Shown one piece after another: positions 1 through 9,810 of a stretch of DNA of 64,000 nucleotides. The notes below the pieces were generated by a model, which saw only the letters and a list, made by a program, of their open reading frames with translations, did no database searches and was not told where the DNA came from. The position numbers were made by a program, and so were the translations under genes. Positions within the stretch are counted from its first letter, which is position 1; each line of letters begins with the position of its first letter. Source of the DNA: Bacteroidia bacterium (GTDB lineage: Bacteria > Bacteroidota > Bacteroidia > NS11-12g > UBA955); the NCBI GenBank assembly GCA_044357345.1, contig JBIKPR010000002.1, positions 21,914 through 85,913 on the forward strand. Reading direction: 5' to 3'.

Positions 1-234
1 GTTAACCAATATGAGATATCTAAATAAGGTACGCTCTTGCTCATCAAAAAACCCATAAATCGAATGGGCATCTTCTTTAATGGATAAATGCGTTAACAAG
101 CGCACCTGTTTAAGGGTCTTGATTTTTTCGAAGGTATTTATACTAATTGATAAATGGTACCCTATGCCGCCCACGTTTATAACTATAAAAGCAGGATTGG
201 CGTGTTCGATGTGTCCTTCTATAAATTCATACAT
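1..234 (-). CDS. ruvA: Holliday junction branch migration protein RuvA, N-terminal 78 codons (CDS runs off the left window edge)
   Basis: Absent from the ORF track because there is no stop in the window. Reverse-strand ATG at 232-234 lies 2 nt after the ilvE stop. It translates to MYEFIEGHIEHANPAFIVINVGGIGYHLSISINTFEKIKTLKQVRLLTHLSIKEDAHSIYGFFDEQERTLFRYLILVN, the typical RuvA domain I pattern (G.GY.L.IS ... V.L.THL...ED...YGF...ER.LF..LI.V). Confidence 0.8.
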   Translation of the reverse strand, partial: MYEFIEGHIEHANPAFIVINVGGIGYHLSISINTFEKIKTLKQVRLLTHLSIKEDAHSIYGFFDEQERTLFRYLILVN

Positions 235-236
235 AT

Positions 237-1316
237 TTATGGTGTTATTAGCTCCGATGCTTTAACCACCGTGATCCAATTGAACGGATCTGGCAATACC
301 AAAGTTTTCATTTGGTTAAAAGTTTTAATGATATCGGTGCTTAGTAAGTTTTCGCTTGCGTTTACTTCGTAGGATTGACCTTTGTAGCTAAACAGTTCTA
401 TATTGGTAACAGTTGCAGCGGTTCCAGAAACAAACATTTCTTTAACCAATCCTTTGTTGTGCCATTCTACCAAATCGTTGACAGATACTTTGGTTTCAAT
501 AACGTTTTTTCCTTGGCTGCGCAATAGTTTAATAATTGAATCGCGGGTTATTCCGGCCAACAAACTGTCGCTGAGTTCTGGGGTGTATATGGCATCATCG
601 GTAATAACGAAGACGTTGCTTGTTCCTGTTTCTTCAAGGTAGGAGTGGGTTTCGCCATCGGTCCATAACACTTGGTCAAAACCTTCATCTTGTGCCAATT
701 TTGTAGGGTACATAGAGGCAGCGTAATTTCCTGCACATTTTGCTGCACCTACACCACCCTGAGAAGCACGGGTATAATGTTCTTCAACCTTTACTTTAAG
801 TGCATGGCTGTAGTAAGAGCTAACGGGGCATGCATACACCATAAAACGGTAGCTTTCGCTTGGTTTAACACCTAAGTAATCGTCGGTTGCAAACATGAAG
901 GGGCGAATGTACAATGAACTGCCTTCCTTTGTTGGAATCCAAGCAGAATCAACAATTACCAATTGTTTAAGCGCTTCCATAAAAACCTCTTCAGGGAGGG
1001 CTGGCATACACATTCTTTCAGCAGAACGGTTAAGACGTGCTAAATTGTCTAAGGGTCTAAACAAAGTAATGACACCATCTGTATTTTTGACGGCCTTCAT
1101 GCCTTCAAATATGGCTTGTCCGTAGTGCAAAGCAGAAAGGGTAGGACTTAATGAAATATTATCAAAGGGTTCTAATCTAAAATTTTGCCATTCATTATTT
1201 CTGAAATCGCAAGAAAACATATGATCGGTAAATACATGACCAAACACAATATTTTCTGAATCGAAAGAAGATATTTTTGATTCTTCTACCAGTTTTGTCG
1301 TAATTTTGAGGCTCAT
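237..1316 (-). CDS. ilvE: branched-chain amino acid aminotransferase (class IV PLP enzyme)
   Basis: 359-aa ORF with FGHVFTDHMF, ALHYGQAIFEGMKA and GVGAAKCAGNYAAS motifs typical of the eukaryote-like BCAT subgroup. Confidence 0.9.
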   Translation of the reverse strand: MSLKITTKLVEESKISSFDSENIVFGHVFTDHMFSCDFRNNEWQNFRLEPFDNISLSPTLSALHYGQAIFEGMKAVKNTDGVITLFRPLDNLARLNRSAERMCMPALPEEVFMEALKQLVIVDSAWIPTKEGSSLYIRPFMFATDDYLGVKPSESYRFMVYACPVSSYYSHALKVKVEEHYTRASQGGVGAAKCAGNYAASMYPTKLAQDEGFDQVLWTDGETHSYLEETGTSNVFVITDDAIYTPELSDSLLAGITRDSIIKLLRSQGKNVIETKVSVNDLVEWHNKGLVKEMFVSGTAATVTNIELFSYKGQSYEVNASENLLSTDIIKTFNQMKTLVLPDPFNWITVVKASELITP

Positions 1317-1341
1317 TTGAAATGCAAATTAAATCAATTCC

Positions 1342-1842
1342 ATGTATCAAAACCTAATTATTTCAGAAAATAATCCCGAGCAGGTCAATATGCTAATGGG
1401 AGATGAATTGTACGTGATAGATGAGATTCAATGGTTTGAAGAGATGAAATCTGAGGGCGGGAATAAATTTCGCTTCTTAAATATCGTCGACCATGGAAAC
1501 GAACACATCATACCGGAGACTGAGCGCGACTTCTTTTTCAGAATTATTACTTCGATTAAGAACGACAAATTTTCAATGGATGCAGATGGTTTTTCAATCG
1601 TTAATATCAGTGATTACAAAGGAGTTAAATGGAGCAATTTAGAGCAATTGTTCAGTCCTGTGTATTGTGTTTTTTGGGGTGCCAATCCTGAAAAAGTAGG
1701 CATACATTGCAAATTATGGGGTGGTGCCTTACAAGGCAATTGCCGCATATTGTATGTCGATTCAATAAAAGACATCTCTGAGAACCAAGAAAAGAAGAAA
1801 CAGTTGTGGAGTTTGGTGAAAAGGATGTTTCAAATTCAATAA
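1342..1842 (+). CDS. hypothetical protein
   Basis: 166-aa ORF tightly packed between ilvE and rdgB. No motif recognised. Confidence 0.45.
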   Translation: MYQNLIISENNPEQVNMLMGDELYVIDEIQWFEEMKSEGGNKFRFLNIVDHGNEHIIPETERDFFFRIITSIKNDKFSMDADGFSIVNISDYKGVKWSNLEQLFSPVYCVFWGANPEKVGIHCKLWGGALQGNCRILYVDSIKDISENQEKKKQLWSLVKRMFQIQ

Positions 1843-1844
1843 TT

Positions 1845-2432
1845 ATGTCAGTTAAAATTGTATTTGCTTCGAGCAATCAACACAAGATAGATGAAATAAA
1901 GGCTTTGTTGCCAGAAGGATTTGAACTTTTGTCTTCTGCTGAAGCAGGCTTTACGGAAGACGTAGAAGAGACCGGGAAAACATTTGAAGAAAACGCAGCA
2001 CTCAAGGCAAATGCATTGTTTGATGCCTGTGGGATGATTTGTTTTTCAGACGACAGTGGTTTGGAAGTAGAAGCCCTTAAAAAAGCCCCAGGTGTTCGCA
2101 GCGCACGATATGCTGGAGAGCCTGCCGATACGTCAAAGAACAATGCATTGTTGTTGGAAAATTTAAAGGACAAAACAAATAGGAAAGCTAGATTTGTTAC
2201 AGTAATTTGTTTGCGCATGCCACATAAGACTTTCTTTTTTGAAGGATTTATTGAAGGAGAAATTGCTAATGAAGCTAGGGGGAATAACGGGTTCGGTTAC
2301 GATCCACTGTTTATTCCCAAAGGCAGCGATAAAACATTTGCAGAGATGGATTCAGAAACTAAAAATTCAATGAGTCATAGGCATAATGCCCTTGTGAAGA
2401 TGTTGCCATTCTTGGCTTTTTTGCGTGAATAA
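1845..2432 (+). CDS. rdgB: dITP/XTP pyrophosphatase (RdgB/HAM1 family)
   Basis: Internal ATG chosen (MSVKIVFASSNQHKIDEI...). FASSNQHK, EETG.TFEENA, DSGLEV and FGYDPLF are HAM1 hallmarks. The track ORF start at 1806 would overlap the upstream gene. Confidence 0.9.
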   Translation: MSVKIVFASSNQHKIDEIKALLPEGFELLSSAEAGFTEDVEETGKTFEENAALKANALFDACGMICFSDDSGLEVEALKKAPGVRSARYAGEPADTSKNNALLLENLKDKTNRKARFVTVICLRMPHKTFFFEGFIEGEIANEARGNNGFGYDPLFIPKGSDKTFAEMDSETKNSMSHRHNALVKMLPFLAFLRE

Positions 2433-2436
2433 TACA

Positions 2437-3606
2437 ATGGGTGAATCAGTTTTAATAAAAGATTTCGATTACAATCTTACAGAAGATAGAATTGCTCAAT
2501 CAGCGGCAGAACCGCGCGACAGCAGTAAGTTGTTGGTGTATAAGAATGGGCAAATTTCGGATGCTTATTTTTCGAATTTACCAGAACATTTAGATGTAAA
2601 TTTCAGTTTGTTTTTTAACAATGCCAAGGTTATACCTGCAAGGATATTTTTAAAGAACAGCCATGGAGCAAACATAGAAGTGTTTTTGCTTCAGCCATAT
2701 AAGACCGAGCATGTCCAAGCGCTCAATGCGAAAGAGAATTGTTCTTGGTCTTGTTTGATAGGAAACAAAAAGAAATGGAAGCTTGATGAAGTCTTAGAAA
2801 TAGATATTGCAGGAATTGGTGTTCAAGTGAGGCAAATAGAAGACTTAGTTGTTGAATTCACATGGAGGGGTGGAAGCCCTTTTGTTGAGCTTTTAGAGAA
2901 AATCGGCAAATTGCCTTTGCCACCTTATATTAAGCATGAGGCTGATGAACACGATGAAGCAAGTTATCAAACGGTGTATTCAAAAATTCAGGGTTCCGTG
3001 GCTGCCCCAACAGCGGGATTGCATTTTACGGATGCGGTATTGGACGAAATTGAGAAAAGAGGAATTGCTCAAAACTTTGTGACCTTGCACGTTAGTGCAG
3101 GCACCTTTTTGCCGGTAAAAGTTGAAGATGCCAGGGCGCATGATATGCATCAAGAGATATATTCAGCAGACAAGGCGGCGATAGAATCGATATTAAAAAA
3201 CAATCAAATCATTGCAGTTGGAACCACTTCTACTAGGGTGTTGGAAAGTTTGTATTGGGCTGGTGTCAATTTGATTGAAGAAAGGGAGAACCCTTTTCGA
3301 ATAGAGCAATTTGTATATGAGGGAAGGCCAGAATACACAGTAGAGGCATCAATGGAGGCTGTTTTGAGGTTTTTGAATCAAAACAAATTGGAAGCTGTTT
3401 ATGGTGAAACCTCAATTATGGTGGTTCCGGGTTATGAATTCAAAGTGGTAAAAGGATTGATTACGAATTTTCATCAACCTAAATCTACACTCCTATTATT
3501 GATTTCAGCACTTTTGGGGGAAAATTGGAGAACGGTGTATGCCCATGCAATGGACAATGGCTATCGGTTTTTAAGCTATGGCGACAGTTCTTTACTCTTG
3601 CCTTAA
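2437..3606 (+). CDS. queA: S-adenosylmethionine:tRNA ribosyltransferase-isomerase
   Basis: LPLPPYIKH, YQTVYS, APTAGLHFT, VGTTSTRVLES and ITNFHQPKSTLLLLISA motifs. ATG at 2437 preferred over GTG at 2425. Confidence 0.93.
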   Translation: MGESVLIKDFDYNLTEDRIAQSAAEPRDSSKLLVYKNGQISDAYFSNLPEHLDVNFSLFFNNAKVIPARIFLKNSHGANIEVFLLQPYKTEHVQALNAKENCSWSCLIGNKKKWKLDEVLEIDIAGIGVQVRQIEDLVVEFTWRGGSPFVELLEKIGKLPLPPYIKHEADEHDEASYQTVYSKIQGSVAAPTAGLHFTDAVLDEIEKRGIAQNFVTLHVSAGTFLPVKVEDARAHDMHQEIYSADKAAIESILKNNQIIAVGTTSTRVLESLYWAGVNLIEERENPFRIEQFVYEGRPEYTVEASMEAVLRFLNQNKLEAVYGETSIMVVPGYEFKVVKGLITNFHQPKSTLLLLISALLGENWRTVYAHAMDNGYRFLSYGDSSLLLP

Positions 3607-3634
3607 AAGAATTTTTTAAAAAGGTAAAAATCAT

Positions 3635-3642
3635 TATTTTTG
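3635..3642 (+). promoter_or_regulatory. Bacteroidota -7 promoter box (TAnnTTTG) upstream of the skp pair
   Basis: tatttttg matches the TAnnTTTG consensus, 62 nt upstream of the ATG at 3704. Confidence 0.4.
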
Positions 3643-3703
3643 CGAACCTATAACATTTTGGCACATTATTCGTTTAAGCAATCGTATAAACATTTTTAAA
3701 TTC

Positions 3704-4237
3704 ATGAAGACAAAACTTTTTTTACTCATTGCAGCTTTTGGATTTTTTGTTTTTGGAGCCAAAGCCCAAAAGTTTGGCTACGTTGACACTGAATACATAT
3801 TAGGTCAAATGACCGAGTATAAAGCTGCGCAAAAACAATTAAATGAATTGTCGAGCAAATGGGAGGCTGATTTGAAAATATTAAAAGAAGAAGTTGACAA
3901 AATGTATAAGGACTACAAGGCCGAAGAAATTTTGTTAAGTGCTACTCAAAAGAAAGAAAGAGAAGATGCCATCGTTGCAAAAGAAGATGCAATGAAAAAG
4001 TTTGAACAAGAAAAGTTTGGCGTTAATGGTGAATTGTTCAAAAAGCGTTTAGAGTTAATCAGACCAATACAAGAAAAGATTTCTGTTGCAATTATTGCGG
4101 TTGCAAAGAAGAACGGCTTAGATTTTATTTTTGACAAATCAGCCAATATGAATATTTTGTTCAGCAATGCTAAGTTTGACCGCAGTGATGACGTGCTTGA
4201 TGAACTAGGTGTTACCCCAATTGATACAGATAAATAA
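3704..4237 (+). CDS. OmpH/Skp family periplasmic chaperone
   Basis: Signal peptide, then QKFGYVD and a long K/E-rich coiled-coil region, as in Skp/OmpH. Confidence 0.8.
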   Translation: MKTKLFLLIAAFGFFVFGAKAQKFGYVDTEYILGQMTEYKAAQKQLNELSSKWEADLKILKEEVDKMYKDYKAEEILLSATQKKEREDAIVAKEDAMKKFEQEKFGVNGELFKKRLELIRPIQEKISVAIIAVAKKNGLDFIFDKSANMNILFSNAKFDRSDDVLDELGVTPIDTDK

Positions 4238-4252
4238 ACCAATAAACCAATA

Positions 4253-4825
4253 ATGAATAGATCCATTTTTACCGCAGCGCTTTTATGGCTGTGTGCCTTT
4301 TCTCCAAGTGTTGCTCAAGCTCAAAAAATTGGGCATTTAAATTTTCAGAATATTATTCAAGCAATGCCAGATTATACCAAAGCATCTAACGAGTATGAAT
4401 TGTACAAACAATCATTGGAAGATGAGTTGAAAGCGATCGAAGCAGAAGCAATGGCAGTCAATAAAAAATACGAACTAGAATCTAAGAAGCCTCAACCTAG
4501 TCAAACCAGATTGAAGCTTTATGCTCAAAATATTGAGACCATGCAGTTGATGTATCAAGAGAAGCAACAATCTATTCAAGATAGTTTGTCCGCTAAAATG
4601 ACTGAATTGGTAGCACCAATCAAAAAGAAAGTTGAAGAAGCTGTAGCTGAGGTAGCGAAAGCACAAGGTTATTCTCATGTCATCGACAACAGTTATGGTA
4701 TGCTGATATACGCAGCAGAAGAGAATAATATTGAAGCAGCTGTAAAAACCAAATTAGGCATCAAAGACAAGCCTGCGGCAAATCCAGGAGCTGGAAAGCC
4801 AGTTGGTATGCCAGGAGCAAGATAG
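4253..4825 (+). CDS. OmpH/Skp family periplasmic chaperone (second paralog)
   Basis: Signal peptide, QKIGHLNFQ start and coiled-coil body. Tandem with the previous gene. Confidence 0.8.
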   Translation: MNRSIFTAALLWLCAFSPSVAQAQKIGHLNFQNIIQAMPDYTKASNEYELYKQSLEDELKAIEAEAMAVNKKYELESKKPQPSQTRLKLYAQNIETMQLMYQEKQQSIQDSLSAKMTELVAPIKKKVEEAVAEVAKAQGYSHVIDNSYGMLIYAAEENNIEAAVKTKLGIKDKPAANPGAGKPVGMPGAR

Positions 4826-4827
4826 TT

Positions 4828-5664
4828 TTGTCAACAGGCAAGTTTTCACCCAAGGCATCTTATCCAATCGGGGTCTTTGACTCTGGGATTGGCGGATTGA
4901 CGGTTGCTAAAGCGATCAACGATTTGCTGCCCTATGAGCAATTGGTTTATTTTGGAGACACCGCCCACATGCCTTATGGTGAAAAATCGCCCCATGCGAT
5001 TAAAGACTATTCAGTTAAAATTGCTGAGTTTCTAATTCAGCAGCCGTGTAAGTTGATTGTTATAGCATGCAATTCAGCATCAGCTACAGCATTTAAGCAA
5101 GTTCAATCGATTTTGCCTGATAAACAATTTGTAATCAATGTAATCGACCCAGTTGTCGAATACATTGTAAACCAAGATCAATACAAAAAAATTGGACTGA
5201 TTGGAACCAAGCGGACGGTAAGCAGCGCGGTTTACAAAAAGAAATTTGAAAAGGCCAATCCTAAAATGCAGTTAAAATCATTGGCCACACCTTTGTTGGC
5301 GCCAATGATCGAAGAAGGCTTTTTTAACAACAAAATTTCTAAAACCATTGTTCATTCTTATTTAGACAATCCCCATTTGGCGGGCATTGAAAGTATTATA
5401 TTGGCTTGTACCCACTACCCTTTAATCATCAATGAAATAAGTTCTTACTACAAGGGCAAATTGAATATTATCAATTCAGCCGAGATTGTCTCTCATGCTG
5501 TTGAAAGGTTTTTGAACGATAAGGGCTTGTTGAATACAAAAACAACAGAACCTAAGCACAAATTTTTTGTGTCTGACTATACGGCCTCTTTTGAGGAAAC
5601 GGCTAAGATTTTCTTTGGGGCTTCCTTGAAGCTAAGGGAAAATAACCTTTGGAAAGACAAATAA
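4828..5664 (+). CDS. murI: glutamate racemase
   Basis: GVFDSGIGGLTV, IACNSASA and ACTHYPL catalytic-Cys motifs. TTG start. Confidence 0.92.
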   Translation: MSTGKFSPKASYPIGVFDSGIGGLTVAKAINDLLPYEQLVYFGDTAHMPYGEKSPHAIKDYSVKIAEFLIQQPCKLIVIACNSASATAFKQVQSILPDKQFVINVIDPVVEYIVNQDQYKKIGLIGTKRTVSSAVYKKKFEKANPKMQLKSLATPLLAPMIEEGFFNNKISKTIVHSYLDNPHLAGIESIILACTHYPLIINEISSYYKGKLNIINSAEIVSHAVERFLNDKGLLNTKTTEPKHKFFVSDYTASFEETAKIFFGASLKLRENNLWKDK

Positions 5665-5747
5665 GCTTGCTTTTGCTGTGAATTATGGCTTGAATCAGCC
5701 TTGTTCAAAAACTCCAAGAGCGGTTTGAGTATTTGAGTTTAATTTCA

Positions 5748-5755
5748 TAAATTTG
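5748..5755 (+). promoter_or_regulatory. Bacteroidota -7 promoter box upstream of aconitase
   Basis: taaatttg, 18 nt upstream of the ATG at 5773. Confidence 0.45.
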
Positions 5756-5772
5756 CGACACATTTTATTACC

Positions 5773-8040
5773 ATGGCATTCGATATAAACATGATCAAAA
5801 GAGTGTATGCCAATATGCCTGAACGCATAGAAGCTGCACGCAGAATTCTGCAAAAACCATTAACCCTTACTGAAAAGATTTTGTATACCCACTTAAGCGC
5901 TGGGACTGCAGAGCATGTTTACGAAAGAGGAAACAGCTATGTTGACTTTGCGCCAGACCGTGTGGCGATGCAAGACGCAACTGCACAAATGGCTTTGTTG
6001 CAATTTATGCAAGCTGGTCGCCCACAAGCGGCTGTTCCTAGCACAGTGCATTGCGACCACTTGATTAACGCTAAGGTTGGAGCAACAAAAGATTTGGAAT
6101 TTGCAAATTCAGAGAGCAAAGAAGTTTTTGACTTCTTGTCATCGGTTAGTAATAAGTACGGAATTGGATTTTGGAAGCCAGGTGCTGGTATCATCCACCA
6201 AGTGGTTTTAGAAAATTATGCATTTCCAGGTGGAATGATGATTGGAACCGATTCACACACCGTTAATGCGGGTGGATTGGGTATGGTTGCCATTGGTGTT
6301 GGTGGAGCTGATGCTTGTGATGTTATGGCAGGATTGCCTTGGGAGTTAAAGTTTCCAAAAATCATCGGTATCAAATTAACAGGAAAATTAAGCGGATGGG
6401 CATCTCCAAAAGATGTGATATTAAAGGTTGCCGGTATTTTAACCGTAAAAGGTGGAACTGGAGCAATTGTTGAATATTTTGGTGAAGGAGCAAATTCAAT
6501 GAGTTGCACAGGTAAAGGTACCATTTGCAATATGGGTGCTGAGATTGGAGCTACCACTTCAACTTTTGGATATGACGACAGCATGGAGCGTTATTTGAGA
6601 TCAACTGGCAGAGCAGATGTTGCTGATTTGGCAAATGAAGTACGTGCACACTTAACAGCAGATCCTGAATGTTATGCCAATCCTGAAATGTATTTCGATC
6701 AAGTTATTGAATTGAACCTTTCTGAATTGGAGCCTTACATCAACGGACCATTTACGCCAGATTTGGCTACACCTATTTCTAAAATGAAAGAAACTGCAGC
6801 AGCAAACGGTTGGCCAATGAATATTGAAGTTGGTTTGATTGGTAGTTGTACCAACAGCAGTTATGAAGATATTTCTCGTGCTGCTAGTTTGGCAAAACAA
6901 GTTGCAGATAAGAACTTAAAAACCAAAGCTGAGTTTACCATTACTCCAGGTAGCGAATTGGTGAGATACACCATTGAGCGCGATGGTTTTATTGAAACGT
7001 TTAATAAAATTGGTGCCACGGTATTTGCAAATGCATGTGGACCATGTATTGGTATGTGGACCAGGATGGGTGCTGAGAAAAAAGAAAAGAACTCAATTGT
7101 TCACTCGTTTAATAGAAACTTTGCGGCAAGACAAGATGGTAATCCAAATACGCATGCCTTTGTTGCTAGTCCAGAAATAACAACTGCATTAGCTATTGCA
7201 GGTCGCTTGGATTTCAATCCATTGACTGATACCTTGGTGAACGAAAATGGAGAAACAGTGAAATTGGATGAACCTACAGGTGTTGAATTGCCTTCTAAAG
7301 GATTTGCTGCAGAAGACGCAGGTTATCAAGCGCCGGCAGAAGACGGATCAAGTGTGGTGGTAGCAGTATCGCCTACAAGTAGCCGTTTGCAATTGTTAGC
7401 TCCATTTGCGGCTTGGGAAGGTAGCGACTTGAAAGGCTTGAAATTGTTAATCAAAGCAAAAGGAAAATGCACAACCGACCATATTTCAATGGCTGGTCCA
7501 TGGTTGAAGTTTAGAGGTCACCTAGACAATATTTCAAACAATATGCTGATAGGTGCGGTGAATATTTTCAATGAGAAGACCAATTCAGTTAAAAACCAAT
7601 TGACTGGTGCTTACGATGAAGTTCCACAAGTTCAAAGGGCATACAAGGCAGATGGTATAGGCAGTATTGTGGTGGGAGATGAGAATTATGGTGAAGGCTC
7701 GAGCAGAGAGCATGCGGCTATGGAACCAAGGCACCTAGGTGTTCGTGTGGTTTTAACCAAATCGTTCGCTAGGATCCACGAAACCAACCTTAAAAAGCAA
7801 GGTATGTTGGCATTGACATTTGAGGATAAAGCAGATTACGACAAAATTCAAGAAGACGATTCAATTGATTTGAGCGGTTTGATGGAGTTTGCCCCAGGCA
7901 AAGCATTAACATTAACTTTAAACCATAAAGATGGTTCAGTTGATACGGTAATTTGCAACCATACATACAACGAACAGCAAATTGAATGGTTCAAAGCAGG
8001 TGGTGCATTAAACATCATTCGCAAGAACGCAGCTCAATAG
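5773..8040 (+). CDS. acn: aconitate hydratase (mitochondrial-type, about 755 aa)
   Basis: [37 protein letters not shown] and [10 protein letters not shown] Fe-S ligand/substrate motifs. Confidence 0.95.
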   Translation: MAFDINMIKRVYANMPERIEAARRILQKPLTLTEKILYTHLSAGTAEHVYERGNSYVDFAPDRVAMQDATAQMALLQFMQAGRPQAAVPSTVHCDHLINAKVGATKDLEFANSESKEVFDFLSSVSNKYGIGFWKPGAGIIHQVVLENYAFPGGMMIGTDSHTVNAGGLGMVAIGVGGADACDVMAGLPWELKFPKIIGIKLTGKLSGWASPKDVILKVAGILTVKGGTGAIVEYFGEGANSMSCTGKGTICNMGAEIGATTSTFGYDDSMERYLRSTGRADVADLANEVRAHLTADPECYANPEMYFDQVIELNLSELEPYINGPFTPDLATPISKMKETAAANGWPMNIEVGLIGSCTNSSYEDISRAASLAKQVADKNLKTKAEFTITPGSELVRYTIERDGFIETFNKIGATVFANACGPCIGMWTRMGAEKKEKNSIVHSFNRNFAARQDGNPNTHAFVASPEITTALAIAGRLDFNPLTDTLVNENGETVKLDEPTGVELPSKGFAAEDAGYQAPAEDGSSVVVAVSPTSSRLQLLAPFAAWEGSDLKGLKLLIKAKGKCTTDHISMAGPWLKFRGHLDNISNNMLIGAVNIFNEKTNSVKNQLTGAYDEVPQVQRAYKADGIGSIVVGDENYGEGSSREHAAMEPRHLGVRVVLTKSFARIHETNLKKQGMLALTFEDKADYDKIQEDDSIDLSGLMEFAPGKALTLTLNHKDGSVDTVICNHTYNEQQIEWFKAGGALNIIRKNAAQ

Positions 8041-8061
8041 TTAAGAGAATAAATCATAAAA

Positions 8062-8097
8062 ACCAGGTTTGAGTGTACATTCAAGCCTGGTTTTTTT
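8062..8097 (+). terminator. Rho-independent terminator of aconitase
   Basis: aaccaggtttga...tcaagcctgg stem followed by T7. Confidence 0.6.
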
Positions 8098-8269
8098 AGT
8101 TAAATGGCACAGTTTGGCTTGAATTGAGACAAATACTTTGTTAATTTAAAGATAATGTAAAGCTCTGACTATCTGGTTTATGCCTCCGATTTATTAACAT
8201 TTAGGGTCGATATTGGATTTATTAGACAGAAGAAAGATAAAAAAGGTTTGTATTTTAAAGTTTTATAGC

Positions 8270-8277
8270 TATTTTTG
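8270..8277 (+). promoter_or_regulatory. Bacteroidota -7 promoter box upstream of rplS
   Basis: tatttttg, 24 nt upstream of the ATG at 8301. Confidence 0.45.
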
Positions 8278-8300
8278 CAATCCCAAAATTTATACTCACC

Positions 8301-8642
8301 ATGGATTTAATCAAGTTTGTAGAAAAAGAATATTTAAAAGCTGAGCTTCCTTCATTTAAAGCAGGAGATAAAGTAACAGTTCATTACAAAATCAAAGAAG
8401 GAAACAAAGAGAGAATCCAGTTGTTTCAAGGTGATGTAATTCAACGCAGAAATGCAGGATTGAGCGCAACTTTTACAGTGCGTAAAATTTCCAACGGCGT
8501 AGGTGTTGAAAGAATTTTCCCTTTGCATTCACCAAACATCGATAAGATCGAAGTGAACAAAATTGGTAAAGTACGCAGATCAAGAATCTTCTATCTAAGA
8601 GGATTGAGTGGTAAAGCGGCAAGAATTGCAGAGAAGCGCTAA
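8301..8642 (+). CDS. rplS: 50S ribosomal protein L19
   Basis: 113 aa with PSFKAGD.V.VHYKI.EG.KERIQ.F.G.VI...N and [19 protein letters not shown]. Confidence 0.95.
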   Translation: MDLIKFVEKEYLKAELPSFKAGDKVTVHYKIKEGNKERIQLFQGDVIQRRNAGLSATFTVRKISNGVGVERIFPLHSPNIDKIEVNKIGKVRRSRIFYLRGLSGKAARIAEKR

Positions 8643-8682
8643 TCTTTAAAGAGAGGTTAATAGTTTTCATAGGTTTAAGAAA

Positions 8683-8707
8683 GGTCGGTTTTTACCGGCC
8701 TTTTTTT
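8683..8707 (+). terminator. Rho-independent terminator of rplS
   Basis: ggtcggt-tttt-accggcc hairpin followed by T7. Its right arm starts the 49-bp tandem repeat. Confidence 0.6.
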
Positions 8708-8837
8708 ATGCCCCCCAAAGGGCATGAAAAAATATATAGTTTACCGGCCTTTTTTTATGCCCCCCAAAGGGCATGAAAAAATATATAGTTTACCGGCCTT
8801 TTTTTATGGGCGATGAATTAAGCCCATGAAAAAATTG
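8691..8837 (+). repeat. 49-bp tandem repeat, three copies (third diverged), each carrying a T-run/hairpin/A-run palindrome
   Basis: The unit tttaccggcctttttttatgccccccaaagggcatgaaaaaatatatag starts at 8691, 8740 and 8789. Copy 3 replaces atgccc..gggcat with atgggc..gcccat, so a hairpin is retained. Confidence 0.85.
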
Positions 8838-8979
8838 CTTTGCAACTTTAGTATTGCCATCAAATATGGCCATAGTAAAATCTATTGTTTGGTTCACTGA
8901 ATTTATTAGCGAAAGAACATACTCAATCTTGGGTATGGGTTAAATCGCTGCCTGGAAAGTTGTTGAAACTCTTGGGCAT

Positions 8980-9008
8980 AAAAAAAGACCGATCTATTGA
9001 CCGGTCTC
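8980..9008 (-). terminator. Rho-independent terminator of the peroxiredoxin gene
   Basis: The minus strand reads agaccggtc-aata-gatcggtct followed by a T-run. Confidence 0.6.
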
Positions 9009-9031
9009 TTAGCATATTAAATATTATACGT

Positions 9032-9664
9032 TTAGTGTTTGCTTAAATAATCAGCAACACCTTTGAAGGTCGCATTCATTGCATCATCGCCTTTTTCCCA
9101 GTTAGCTGGACAAACTTCACCATGGTTTTCTACGTGTTGTAGAGCATCAACCATACGCAAGGTTTCATCAACGCTACGGCCTAGTGGGAGGTGGTTAACT
9201 ACTTGGTGCATTACAATACCTGTTTTGTCAATTAAGAACAAGCCACGGAAAGCGATCATTGGACCATTAGCAATTAGTTCACCTTGCTCGTTGTAGTCGT
9301 AGTTACCGAACAACACACCATAATTGGTGGCGATAGATTTGGTGGTGTCAGCAACAACTGTGTAAGTTACGCCTTGGATACCGCCATTGTCTTTAGGCAT
9401 TTGTAGCCAGTTGTAGTGGCTTTCTTCTGTATCGGTGCTGCAAGCAACAACTTTAACACCTCTTTTTTCGAACTCTTCAAGTTTTTCTTGGAAAGCATGC
9501 AATTCAGTTGGGCAAACAAACGTAAAGTCTTTAGGGTAAAAGAACAATACCACATGGTTTTTGCCGATGTATTGGTCTAAACTGAAATTTTCTACGATTT
9601 CTTCGCCGTTGATCACAGCTGATGCACTAAAGTGCGGGGCTTTTTTTCCTACTAATACTGACAT
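9032..9664 (-). CDS. typical 2-Cys peroxiredoxin (AhpC/TSA family)
   Basis: FFYPKDFTFVCPTE (peroxidatic Cys) and EVCPANW (resolving Cys). Confidence 0.92.
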   Translation of the reverse strand: MSVLVGKKAPHFSASAVINGEEIVENFSLDQYIGKNHVVLFFYPKDFTFVCPTELHAFQEKLEEFEKRGVKVVACSTDTEESHYNWLQMPKDNGGIQGVTYTVVADTTKSIATNYGVLFGNYDYNEQGELIANGPMIAFRGLFLIDKTGIVMHQVVNHLPLGRSVDETLRMVDALQHVENHGEVCPANWEKGDDAMNATFKGVADYLSKH

Positions 9665-9810
9665 AATGGTTGCAAAATTGAGACTTTATTTTTGATAAAA
9701 AAATAGAAACTTACAATTAGTCTATATATCTTGTCTATATGACTACAAAAAAATATAGGCAAGCATAATTGCTTGCCTATATTTAGTTTAGATGTATTTT
9801 TTGTTGATTC

